Source of the DNA: Candidatus Methanoperedenaceae archaeon
GTDB taxonomy: Archaea > Halobacteriota > Methanosarcinia > Methanosarcinales > Methanoperedenaceae
Assembly (NCBI GenBank): GCA_963753595.1
Contig: CAVWCX010000014.1
Coordinates: 1 to 64,000 of the forward strand
DNA length: 64,000 bases
Direction: 5' to 3'
Shown: one piece after another, positions 51,199-62,380 of the stretch
Layout: the number at the start of each line of letters is the position of its first letter
How positions within the stretch are numbered: position 1 is the first letter of the stretch
Made by a program: the position numbers and the translations under genes
The notes under the pieces: model-generated
What the model was told of the DNA's origin: nothing
Seen by the model: only the letters and a program-made list of their open reading frames with translations
Databases searched by the model: none

Positions 51199-54100
51199 AT
51201 GAACAATCAAACGATGGGAACAAATATGAACAAAAAAAAGAAAGAATTAAAAATAATTAGATATATAAAATCAGGATTTATTATATTTAATGTACTAATG
51301 GTTTTGATGACAATATCTTCAGCAGCTGCCAGCCAGACGCCTTATAGCGGAACTGCTTTGAAAGTGCCAGGCATTATCCAGGCAGAATATTTTGACAAGG
51401 GGGGCGAAGGTATTGCATATCATGATTCAGGCACCAAAAATAATGGCGGAGCATACAGAACAGGTGAAGGTATTGATATTGAACAAACTACAGATTCTGG
51501 TTTAGGTTACGATATCGGCTGGATCAAGGCCGGAGAGTGGATGGAATATACAACAAATATCACTTCCTCAGGCACTTATGATATTGAAGTCAGAGTAGCA
51601 AGGGGTGGAACTGGGGGAAACTTCCATATTTTGTTCAATGGCTTGGACAAAACGGGTACTCTCACTATTCCCGATACTGGCGGATGGCAGAACTGGACCA
51701 CTATAAAGAAGACAGGTGTCATCTTGAGTAAAGGAATTCAGATCATGAAAATTGTGTTTGACACTAATTCTCCAACTGGGGAAGATGCTGGAAATATCAA
51801 TTATTTAAAAATATCTAAGAATAATCCACCATCTATATCGTCTAGCCATTCACCGTCAAACCCGACAACTTTGGACAATGTTATAATAACAGCATCAGCA
51901 ACAGATGACAAAGGTCTTTCTGAGATACAAATATATGTCGACAACAACCTGAAGAATACATGCATTCTATCACTAAGATCAGGATATTGTTCATACGCTT
52001 TACCATTCACGGAATGTACCTCAATTATTTGCAACCGTGAAAGACACGGCAGGGCAAAGAAGCATTTCCGGGACAAAGCAGTTCGTTGCAAGCAACATCC
52101 AGACGTCTTTTAGCGGGGTTGCTTTGAAAGTGCCAGGCATTATTCAGGTAGAAGATTATGACATTGGAAGTGAAGGTATTGCATATCATGATTCAGATAC
52201 CCAAAATAATGGCGAGTCATACAGGACAGGTGAAGGTGTTGATATTGAACAAACTACAGATTCTGGTTTAGGTTACGATATCGGCTGGATCAAGGCCGGA
52301 GAATGGGTGGAATATACAACAAATATCACTTCCTCAGGCACTTATGATATTGAAGTAAGAGTAGCAAGGGGTGGAACTGGCGGAAACTTCCATATTTTGT
52401 TCAATGGCTTGGACAAGACGGGTACTCTCACTATTCCCGATACCGGCGGATGGCAGAACTGGACCACAATAAAGAAGACAGGTGTCAGCTTGAGTGCAGG
52501 ACCTCAGATCATGAAAATTGTGTTTGACACTAATTCTCCAACTGGGGAAGATGCTGGAAATATCAATTATATAAAAATAGCTCCTACACCAACAACCACA
52601 GCTCCAGCAAATATTATCACGAATCCAGGATTTGAAATTGGAAGCACAACTCCTGTAAAATGGAGTTATATCACAAATAATGGAAACACACCTGTATGGG
52701 AAAGTACAACAGCTCATACTGGAACTAAGTCCGTTAAGATATCAGTATCAGGTACGACCGATGTAAATTCAGGAGAACTATGGTATGATAATATTCCTTC
52801 AACAAGCGGAACAACCTACATGTTATCTGCATGGGGCAAATCCCAAGGAATTAGTGGTACTAACAATCCTGGTGTTTGGATGGTTGAGTTCGATAAAGAT
52901 AATAAATGGTTACGACAGAAGGTCGATACTTTCCGAAAGGAACTATTGATTGGAATCAACAGCAAACAATTATTACTACAGGTGCTAATACTGCCTATAT
53001 CAGCGTTGCTGTCAGTATCTGGAATGGATATGGAACTTTTTACGTAGATGATTTTTCATTGACCATGAAAGATTCACCAAAAGCAACACCGACAGCAACA
53101 CCAATACCAATAATACCAATCACAACACCGGCTCCTACGCCTACGCCAACTGCAACACCAGCTCCTACGAGCACGCCTGCTCCTGTTTCAAATGGCCCTA
53201 CATATTATGTAGCCACTACTGGTTATGATGGCAATTCCGGCTCATCCTCGTCTCCATGGAGATCTATTCAACACGCAGCAGACATGGTGTCAGCAGGAGA
53301 TACTGTTTATGTCATGGGCGGAACATACAATGAGAAGGTTGCTATAACGAAATCGGGAAGTCCAGGAAATTATATCACATTTGCAGCATATCCAGGACAA
53401 AGTGTTTCGATTGATGGAACAGGTATATCATTGGGTTCATGGGATGGACTGATTCGTATAAATGGCGCAAGCTATATAAAAATATCAGGATTCAGGGTGC
53501 TAAAATCCTCATTCGTAGGGATCATGGTATCAGGTGGAAATCCCTCAAATATTATTATCCAAGATAATTATATTAATGGCGCATATTCTTCTGGAATTTA
53601 TGCAGAAAGAGCATCAAGCATTACTATAGACCATAATGAGATTACTGGATCACATATTGCAGAAGCAGGATATCATAACGAGATCATGAGTTTAGTTATA
53701 GTTAATGGGTTTGAAATAATGAATAATTATGTTCATGATAATATCAATACTGAGAGCATTACTGTAAAAATGGATTCGAGTAACGGGCGCATTCATCATA
53801 ATAACATAAAGCCAACTTCAAGCGCAGGTATTTATGTATGTGCTTGGGCAGACATGCAACAGAATATCGAGGTATATGATAATATAGTTCATGATGGGCC
53901 TGGAAGTTCTCGAGGAATAGCTGTTGCTGTTGAAGGAGGCGGCACTATTAAAAACGTCAAGATATATAACAATCTAGTATATAGAAACAGCGCAAGTGGT
54001 ATAGTCGTAGATTATTATTCTGACTGTGGCAGTGACCCTGGTACTCTCTGCCTCAGCGGAACTATAGATAACATATTGATAGAAGGAAACACTGTATACC

Positions 54101-54447
54101 AAAACAACGCAATAGGATGGGAAGGCGGTATTGTAAATAAATATAGTAAAGCTACTAATGTAGTTATAAGTAATAACATAATCAGCCAGAACTACGGCAC
54201 TCAAATATGGGTTGTAGGAAGCAACACAATTCAAAACAATCTTATCGACGGCTCAACTGGTACGACTGGAGACAGTTACAGAACAGGAAATCCACAATTC
54301 GTCAATCCTTCATCGGGGGATTTCCACATCCAATCCACCTCTCCTGCAATAGATAAAGGAACGACTCCCAAGATAGCTATTGTGGACTTTGATGGAAAAT
54401 CGAGACCACAGGGAGGAGGTTATGATATCGGTGCATATGAGTATTAA
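51199..54447 (+). CDS. Large secreted CBM6-Ig-CBM6-CBM4/9-PT linker-right-handed beta-helix protein, split by frameshifts near 52015 and 52917
   Basis: Signal peptide; IQAEYFDKGGEG..IGWIKAGEW..TGGWQNW (x2); NIITNPGFE; YYVAT.G.D.NSGS..PWRSIQHA; C-terminal DFHIQSTSPAIDKG..YDIGAYEY; the three ORFs join seamlessly. Confidence 0.75.
51346..52579 (+). repeat. Near-identical direct repeat of the CBM6 module (51346-51813 and 52112-52579)
   Basis: Long identical runs, e.g. gatattgaacaaactacagattctggtttaggttacgatatcggctggatcaaggccgga; offset 766 bp. Confidence 0.92.
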
Positions 54448-54485
54448 CCATGCCTCTTTAGAATAGAAAAAAAGGAATCGGATAT

Positions 54486-54550
54486 GCCGGGAGTATTAGA
54501 TTATCCCCCCGGCTCCGGCTTCCATTAAAGCAAATTTTTATTTTTTATTC
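54486..54550 (+). terminator. Possible terminator after the CBM6/beta-helix gene
   Basis: gccggg...cccggc stem followed by T-rich tract aaatttttattttttattc. Confidence 0.35.
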
Positions 54551-54752
54551 AATTCGACTCTATAAAATGATTAAATAATCCTTTTTTTTAAGGTTCTAAC
54601 AACAACATAGATAAACTCCACATCAGATAGAAATAATTGGCTTTTATCTGGCAATTTTTTTATTTTTACTTTCGTTTCATTTTTGAAAAGAATGGTTACT
54701 AATTCAAAGGTTCACAATTTAAACTTAACTGTTTTCCACCGTTGCAGTGAAC

Positions 54753-54823
54753 TATTGTAACATTTACAATACTTATGGAAAAATTACTCCAACAAACTTT
54801 TAATCTATTGTAACTTGTTACAA
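54753..54823. promoter_or_regulatory. Pair of TTGTAA-N-TTACAA palindromes (candidate operator)
   Basis: tattgtaacatttacaata (54753-54771) and ttgtaacttgttacaa (54808-54823) upstream of the gene at 54903. Confidence 0.4.
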
Positions 54824-54834
54824 GTGTGAACTAA

Positions 54835-54870
54835 GTTACCAATGGTTTTGGGAATGCCTTGGTAACCTCC
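54835..54870. repeat. ~35-bp palindromic element, inverted partner of 49496-49530
   Basis: gttaccaatggttttgggaatgccttggtaacctcc. Confidence 0.55.
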
Positions 54871-54902
54871 CTTTAAAGACGACCAAACAGTTAAGAAAGA
54901 AT

Positions 54903-56298
54903 ATGAATAAATACAGAATGGAAATGAACTTTAAAATAATGATATTAATAATACTTCTAATTTTTATTGGATTTGTTACTTTTATTTTATTATTGGATCC
55001 TATAGGAAGTAATTATTATGTGGCTATGAATGGTGACGACAATAACTCCGGTACAGAAGCTCATCCATGGAGAACTATCTCGAAAGCGGCAAATGCAGTG
55101 GTTGCTGGAGATATAGTTTATGTATGCAAAGGGATTTACAATGAGAAAATTACAATAAAGAACTCAGGAAGTCCAGGAAAGTATATTACTTTTGCTGCTT
55201 ATCCTGAGCATAGCGTTACTATTGATGGTACGGGCATATCTCTACCCAAATGGTTAGGATTAATCAATATCCGCGGGAAAAATTACATCAGGATTTCTGG
55301 CTTCAGGATTGTCAATTCACAATGGGCCGGAATATTCGTTGCTGATTTATCTTCATATGATAACAGTTGAAAATAATTACATCTATAATAGTCGTTCGTC
55401 CGGTATCCTCATGAGTAATGGGAGCCATTATCTTGTAGATGGAAATGAGATAGAAAAGGGTGACAGCGATACTACAGGAGACACTTCGATCCAGGAAATA
55501 CTTTCGATACAACATAATGTCGACACATTTGAGATCAAGAACAATTATATTCAGGACGGAGGTAATCCTGTATGGGGCGGCGAAGGTATAGTTGCAAAAC
55601 AAAATTCATATAATGGGTTAATCCATAACAATGTAGTATCAAATGTCAAGAGCACTGGTATATATGTAGATGCATACGCTTTAAATGTAGATAATATATC
55701 AGTTTACAATAATAGACTCTACAATACTGGTAATAATGGGATCGGCATATCCGCAGAAGCTGGTGGAACTGCCAATGATATCCACATCTATAATAATATA
55801 GTGTCTGGAGCCCAGGTTGGAATAAGAATCCCTGAGTATAACGATGGAACTAAATCAGATATAAAAAATATTGAAGTAATTAATAACAATATTTACAATA
55901 ATGGAGGGTCTAATCTCGGAGGAGGCGGAGGCATATGGATTGGTCAGTATCCTAACAGTTATATCAATGGTTTAGTTGTGAGGAACAATATTGTAAGTCA
56001 GAATTATCAATATCAGATAATGCAAACTCCCAATGCAAATAATGCCAACATCGTTATAGATAATAATTTGATTGATGGATATAATGGATATACAAATGAA
56101 ATTCTTGGCACAAGTAATATAACAGGAAATCCATTATTTGTGAATACCAATGGTGGAGATTTCCATCTGCAAAGTACTTCTCCAGCTATAGACAAAGGTT
56201 CACCTGTTAATGCTCCCAACATTGATTTCGATGGGAAATATAGACCTTCTGGTTCTGGATATGATATCGGAGCTTTTGAATATAGTCGAGATAACTAG
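54903..56298 (+). CDS. Membrane-anchored right-handed beta-helix (DUF1565-like) protein, frameshift near 55360
   Basis: N-terminal TM, YYVAMNGDDNNSGTEAHPWRTI; paralog of the C-terminal half of 51199-54447; DFHLQSTSPAIDKG..YDIGAFEY. Confidence 0.75.
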
Positions 56299-56315
56299 TA
56301 GAATTTATGCAAAGG

Positions 56316-57806
56316 CTATCTCAATATATAACGTTGAGCTAGAGCCCACAAAGCCTTTGGTTTGTAATGACCTCCTTTAATAATTCGTTTTGTAATATAT
56401 ATAGGGTCTGATATTAACAATCCTCTGAGCTTTTTCCTATTATGTTCTTCAAACAAAAGTTCTGTCTCTTTAATTATTCTATTGCATTCGTCTCTTTTAA
56501 GATTCTTATTTAAATACATATCAGGACTTTGATGGAAAAATGTGCTCCAATCTATCTTCTCTGGTAATAACCCCTCAAATTTACAAATATCGTATAATTC
56601 TGTCCCAGGATATGGTGTCGCAACACTAAAAAAAGCCTGTTGAGGATCTAATTCTTTCATTAATAATGTGGTTTTATCAATCTCTGTTTTAGTCTCCCAA
56701 GGAAAACCAATTAAAAAGAACGCGCTAAAAATCATATGATTTTTTTTAAGAATCTCAGACGAATTTTTTATTTGCTCGATTGTAATTCCCTTTTTTATTT
56801 TTTTAAGGGTTTCTTCATCACCAGATTCGGCGCCTATAGTAATTTCATCACAGCCTGCTTGCTTCATTTTTTTAATTAGCTCCTCAGTGACAAGGTTTGC
56901 TCGGGTCTCACACCACCACTGAATGTCAAATTTCTCTTGGATTAACAAATCACAAATATTATTAATAATTTTTTTATTTAGGGTGAAACTATCATCTTCA
57001 AATCTAAAATGTTGCGTTTTAAAGAACTTATTAATTTGCTTAATCTCACTAATTACATTCTGTGGGGACCTATACCTTACTTTTTCGGTCCAAATCAAGT
57101 GTGATGCACAGAATATACAATTATATGGACAACCTCTGCTTGCAAATATGTTTCCAAAGGCTTCTGGAGGGTATTTTTCTTTATCCAATATCAAATGCCT
57201 TGCTGGAAAAGGTATTTCATCTAAGTTTTCGATTAAAGGTCTATTCGGATTATGAATAATTCTGTTATTTTCTTTATAAGTGATACCTAATACATTTTCC
57301 AATTTTCCTATATTTTGGATAATATCTAAAAAAGTGTATTCCCCTTCACCTCTTACAACAATATCGACATCATTATTTTTTATAGTTTCCTCTGGAAGTA
57401 TCGTAGGATGAAGACCTCCCCATATGACTGGAATATCTGAATTAAATTTTTTAACCAATTTGCTAACATTTAGTGCGGATCCATATTTTGCTGTCGTTAC
57501 AGATATTCCAACAATATCAGGGGACTGATTATGAATAACAATCTCAATCTCTTTCCATATCTCGTGGTTTATATCTTTTAAATTGTGCAAATACTGACTA
57601 TACTTTTCGGTAGTTTTTCCAGCTGATGGAAACTCTCTTCCGGAATTGAAATCTGCGTTATAGATTGATACGTTAAAACCATGTTTTTCAAGAACTCCAC
57701 CTATATAGCATAGTCCTAAAGGAGACTGGAACCCCTCCGCCCCGAAAAGCCTATACCACGGTGGACTAATGAGCAAAACTTTGTTTATATTAGTATTTGG
57801 TTTCAT
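56316..57806 (-). CDS. B12-binding radical SAM protein
   Basis: PLGLCYIGG, WGGLHPT, VRGEGE, SRGCPYNCIFC, GAESG, PYPGTELY. Confidence 0.92.
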   Translation of the reverse strand: MKPNTNINKVLLISPPWYRLFGAEGFQSPLGLCYIGGVLEKHGFNVSIYNADFNSGREFPSAGKTTEKYSQYLHNLKDINHEIWKEIEIVIHNQSPDIVGISVTTAKYGSALNVSKLVKKFNSDIPVIWGGLHPTILPEETIKNNDVDIVVRGEGEYTFLDIIQNIGKLENVLGITYKENNRIIHNPNRPLIENLDEIPFPARHLILDKEKYPPEAFGNIFASRGCPYNCIFCASHLIWTEKVRYRSPQNVISEIKQINKFFKTQHFRFEDDSFTLNKKIINNICDLLIQEKFDIQWWCETRANLVTEELIKKMKQAGCDEITIGAESGDEETLKKIKKGITIEQIKNSSEILKKNHMIFSAFFLIGFPWETKTEIDKTTLLMKELDPQQAFFSVATPYPGTELYDICKFEGLLPEKIDWSTFFHQSPDMYLNKNLKRDECNRIIKETELLFEEHNRKKLRGLLISDPIYITKRIIKGGHYKPKALWALAQRYILR

Positions 57807-58047
57807 AATGCCCCCTTTTATTAAATTGAGATCATCTATTAAATAGTTATCGGGAAATGATACATGGAAAAAAAACCGTAATCTATTTTAATCATGCCAA
57901 ATAATATTAAATTTGAATATTGGAGAAATTACAATTTAAACTTTGTTTTTGATTAAACATTTAAGTTTATATATTTTCCTTTTAAAGGCTATGGGGGTTA
58001 AATTATGGGATTCAATCAAAAGGATCATTTTAAAAAAGGGGGATCGT

Positions 58048-58212
58048 ATGAGAATAAGAGAAATAATTAGAGTTGATGATTTCAAATCTATGAAGGGGAC
58101 ATGGAATGATGTGCTGGCATTGGAGAATTATAGATTATATTGTTACAGGATAAAACAAATGGGGGAAAGTAAAAAAATAAAATTTAAAACTGTAACTCAT
58201 CATATTTATTAA
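58048..58212 (+). pseudogene. Internally deleted remnant of a CelD/BcsL GNAT paralog
   Basis: MRIREIIRVDDFKSMKGTWNDVL matches the N-terminus, and LENYRLYCYRIKQMGESKKIKFK the C-terminus, of the 45183 protein. Confidence 0.75.
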
Positions 58213-58246
58213 TATAGTCATTTCTAACGAATGTGGACGGTATGAA

Positions 58247-59321
58247 ATGCAATTTAAATGGATTAGATATATTAGAAATAAATCAAAATACTATACACTA
58301 TTTATTTCGGCGTTAAAACGTGGTGAAATATATAAAAGTATTAATTTAGTTGGTATAATAGTTGCTTACTTTTTCAGGTTCATGAAATACCCTTTTTGCC
58401 AGCAATTGCATTTATATTAACCTAACAACAATTGTAATTTAAGATGTGAGCACTGTCAAGTGAGCCATTGGACAAAAGACATAAGGTATTTAGATATAAA
58501 ATCTTATCAATACATCTTAAACCAATTTCCGTATCTGTTATCTGCTAAATTACAGGGGATGGGAGAACCTTTTCTTAACAAACAATTACCTTTTATGTTG
58601 AAAGAAGGAGAAGAGCGTGGAATTTCAATGCTAGTTTTTACTAATGGAACTATTTATGATGAACACTTAGCTAAAAAATTGATTCAATTAAAATACACTC
58701 ATATTTGTTTTAGTATTGATGGGGCAACCTCGGAAACCCATGAAAAGATTAGAATAGGGAGTAATTTTGAAAAAATCCTTAGGAATATTGGAGATTTGAC
58801 TAATCATAGAGGTTTGAATATATATCCTCGGTTTTCAATATGGTCTGTAATTACTAAAAACAACATTCATGAAACCACCCAAATAGTCAAACTGTCAAAA
58901 TTATTAAACGTAGATTCCATTTATTTACAAACTACTCTTGTAAATTGGGGAAAAAACAATATTGACCGATATAATAAAACCATTAGAATAGATTCAAAAT
59001 CCAAAGAATTTGACTATATATTGCTGGAAGCAAAAAATGCTTGCTGAAAAAGAAAAAATAAATATGGAAATAATGAGCACAGGTTTTTCAAGAAAGAATA
59101 AATGTTTTTGGCCTTGGACTAGTGCTTATATAGCAGTGAATGGTGACGTCATTCCATGCTGCAATATTGCTGACTCCTCTACGTTAAAAATGGGAAATCT
59201 TTTTGAAACAAGTTTTAGTGATATTTGGAATTCAAGAGAATATATGGTACTACGTGAGAGCATTAGAACCCATAATATACCTGAATTTTGTAAAAGCTGT
59301 TATTTTGAATTTATCTCATGA
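58247..59321 (+). pseudogene. Radical SAM/SPASM protein disrupted by an in-frame TAA (58418) and a frameshift (~59035)
   Basis: ..LHLY*PNNNCNLRCEHC.., GMGEPFLN, SIDGA, then SPASM CFWPW..GDVIPCC..MGN..FCKSC in another frame. Confidence 0.75.
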
Positions 59322-59338
59322 CTGATTTTCGATTTTGA

Positions 59339-61041
59339 TCATTTATTATTTCTGTATATCTGATAGTAACCATTATCGTAACAAAAATTTAAAGTGTGAT
59401 TATTCACCTGTATCCATTCTTCAAGTGGGTCTAAACCAAAAGAATAATATATAAAATTATGACTTCCAATACTATTTATTATATAAGTTGCATTACCGAT
59501 CCTTGAGGGATCTGGTTTGTCTGATACTGGCAATGTCCAGTATAATACTTTTATCATCTCAGGGTTATAGTAATCTATAAACGTATCCCACATAGAAAAA
59601 TATGTTTCCCTGCCAGCAAATACCGCATTTGTGGTAAAGAACTTCGTACCGCTTAGTTCAGTTGTTCGTATCGAATCAAAACTTTCAGTCCCGTAATGCG
59701 CTGGCATGTGGAAAAGTATTAGCAAAATTGCCAACCCGGCAATGATTTTCCTATCAAATGCAAAGGATATGATAAAAACCATTGGTACTAATGAAAATAG
59801 GAAAATCCTATCATCTATTTCATTTCGACCATACCTTAATGCAAAAAGGGCTAAAATACCAATGAGCCAAAAAAAACAAATTTTAGTCGATTCCATATTT
59901 TTTTCTTTGATTCGGCGGCTCAGGTAGAGAAAAGCTGCGGCGATCATAGCAATAGCATATGCTACTAAGTAAAAAAGACGACTATAATGCACTATCCATC
60001 GTGTCAAAAACGCCCCTGGACTGTACTTTTCAGTATTGAAAAAGCCAAGAAAATCAAACTCAGTAACTATTCTCATGAACTCTACTAAGCCGGTTTTAAA
60101 CATAACAGGTGCAAAGTATATATGCCAGACAATAAAGATTAGAAGAAAAAATATTATGAATTTAACACGTTGTTTATTGAGTGCTCTAATAAATGATGAT
60201 GAAAAAATAAACCCCAGTATTACCGCAATTGGAGTCAATATATGTGTTATTACCAATGATGCAGAAGTCATACTTATCTATTATATTTTGAATCTTGCCA
60301 ATTTTTTCTATCCTTGCGGGGTTCTATCAAATTCGAATTAGGATTAATTCTGGTGAATCCAACGATAAACAGAAATAACAAAAGATATAGCAAATATGCG
60401 AGAGACGGAGGTCCATAGTAGTAAAGACCTGTCCAGAAAGATGCCAGGAAAAGAAGAGATGATGCAAAAGATTGGTTAGATGACAAACCAAGACGTTTTC
60501 CGATACTGAAAGTAATTAAGATTACTGAGAAAACCCAAAATAAAGGCATATATTTTAATAAATCAGATATTTTAATATTCATCAAATATAAAATGCTTGC
60601 GGAAGTAAAATGCATAGATGGCCAGGAACGATACGTCATAAGAGGATAATTTGATGTAATGTTCACATGGTTTGTATCTAAAACTGTCTGAACTTCTCCT
60701 GCGGGATAATAAGACCAAGGGAATCGCGGATTTTCTTCCGCAAATATCGGCACTCCAAAAAGGAATAATCCAATAGCAATCAGAAATAGTAAATATATAC
60801 TATCATGTTTTATTTTCTTGTCTAAAAACAGTCTGATGGAGAACACCAACACCAGGACATATCCTGTCCAATATGCTAAGGTTAAGTGAGATAACAATCC
60901 GAGAAAATCTCCTATATCAACTATAACAGGTTTTATTTCCAAGATACTATAAAATAAAAACAAGAAACTGAAAAGTGCAATATATATATATGTTTTTGAA
61001 TTGGGGGGGGAAGAAAACCATTCTCTTATATATGCAGGCAT
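59339..61041 (-). CDS. Multi-pass membrane protein of glycosylation loci (GT-C-like), split into ORFs 60274-61041 and 59339-60271
   Basis: YRSWPSMHF, YGPPSLAY, ITHILTP, DRIFLF, YDNGYYQIY; the halves abut with a 2-nt gap. Confidence 0.55.
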
Positions 61042-61117
61042 ATTTCCTTTCAGCGGAGTAGATATAGGTTTTTCATTAATTTCACCTTTGTTCGTATTTT
61101 ATATTTTCTCTCCAAAA

Positions 61118-62358
61118 TCACAAATACTTAAAAGAAGGGCTGCCCGAAGCTTTTGCCTGTTCTTCATTATCATTCTTAATAAGTGATACATACTCTCTCA
61201 TAAATCCCTCCAGAGAATAATATCTGGCATATGTTTGCTTGATTTTTTCCTTGGAATAAATTTTTTTATGTTGCAAAAATAGTCTAATCTCCTCTATCCC
61301 CTCCCCTTTAAAAATGATATCTTTATCCACTTTTTCAATAATTTCCCCAATCCCCCCAAAATTCCTTCCGGTTACAGGAGTGCCCACTGACATTGCCTCC
61401 ATTGCAACAAGAGGATTATTTTCAAGGCAGGTTGAAGGCACTATCAACGCCAAGGCATCATTATAAAGCGACCAGAGCTCATGATGGCTTAACCACCCCA
61501 AAACAATAATTTTTTTCTCTAATTTTTTTCTGGTTATGTATTCCGTGATTTTTTCCTTGAGAGTGCCTTCTCCAACGATAATAAGCTTTGCATCTATCTC
61601 CCTCTGGTGTTCTATGAATACTTTGAGCAGATTGCAGATTCCCTTTAACTTTTCAAGCACTCCAACGAATAAAAAATAGTTTGAATAACCGGAATCTTTT
61701 ATGTCGTTGGGCGGAGGAGGAGCAAAGTTCGGTATATGTACTATATTAGCCTTTACAGGCAGCCATTTAGAAAGTTTGTTTTTCATAAAGTTACTTGGAG
61801 AAATAATAGTATCAATATCTCCAATTGCCTGAATGAATTTTTTGCTTCCTCGCCATGTCTGAGGTAATCTTTTTGAAAGCAAGGTGCATGAAAGACAGCT
61901 TTTATTTTCACATTCTTTTTGGCCATATTTCATCAAACTGAATCTCTGGCATATCAGCCAATAATCATGGGCAGTGTAAAGATTGTCATAATTTCCCTGC
62001 TTTTTCAGGATATTGTATCCAAGAAAGAAGATGTTATGATGGTGGACGACATCAGGTTTGATTTCACGTAACAGACTATCGAATGTCTTCTTAACATACG
62101 TTGATTTTCTTGTGAGATATTGAGATACAAGTCTGATTGACATAAAGCCCATTTCAACATGAGCAAAAACAATTACTTTATGTTTCTTTAAAACCCCCAT
62201 CGAATCAAGTCTCTTAACCATATTCATCCCGGCAAGATACATGCACTTATGTCCAAGTTTCAGCATTTCTTCGAGAGATATTTAACATGTGAAGCGTCTC
62301 CTCCTATATGGTATGGCGGATAGTAGGAAGAAGTCATAAGAAATATTTTTTTCTCCAT
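61118..62358 (-). CDS. Glycosyltransferase family 4, frameshift near 62273
   Basis: ATG 62358 gives MEKKIFLMTSSYYPPYHIGGDASHVKYLS, then EEMLKLGH in the next frame; PDVVHHHN, TAHDYWLIC, ENNPLVAMEAMSVGTPV. Confidence 0.85.
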
Positions 62359-62380
62359 TAATATTCATCCTTTGGTTTAT

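Noticed and set aside
58418-58420. In-frame stop as pyrrolysine or selenocysteine recoding
   Set aside because: The codon is TAA, not TAG or TGA, and the gene also has a downstream frameshift
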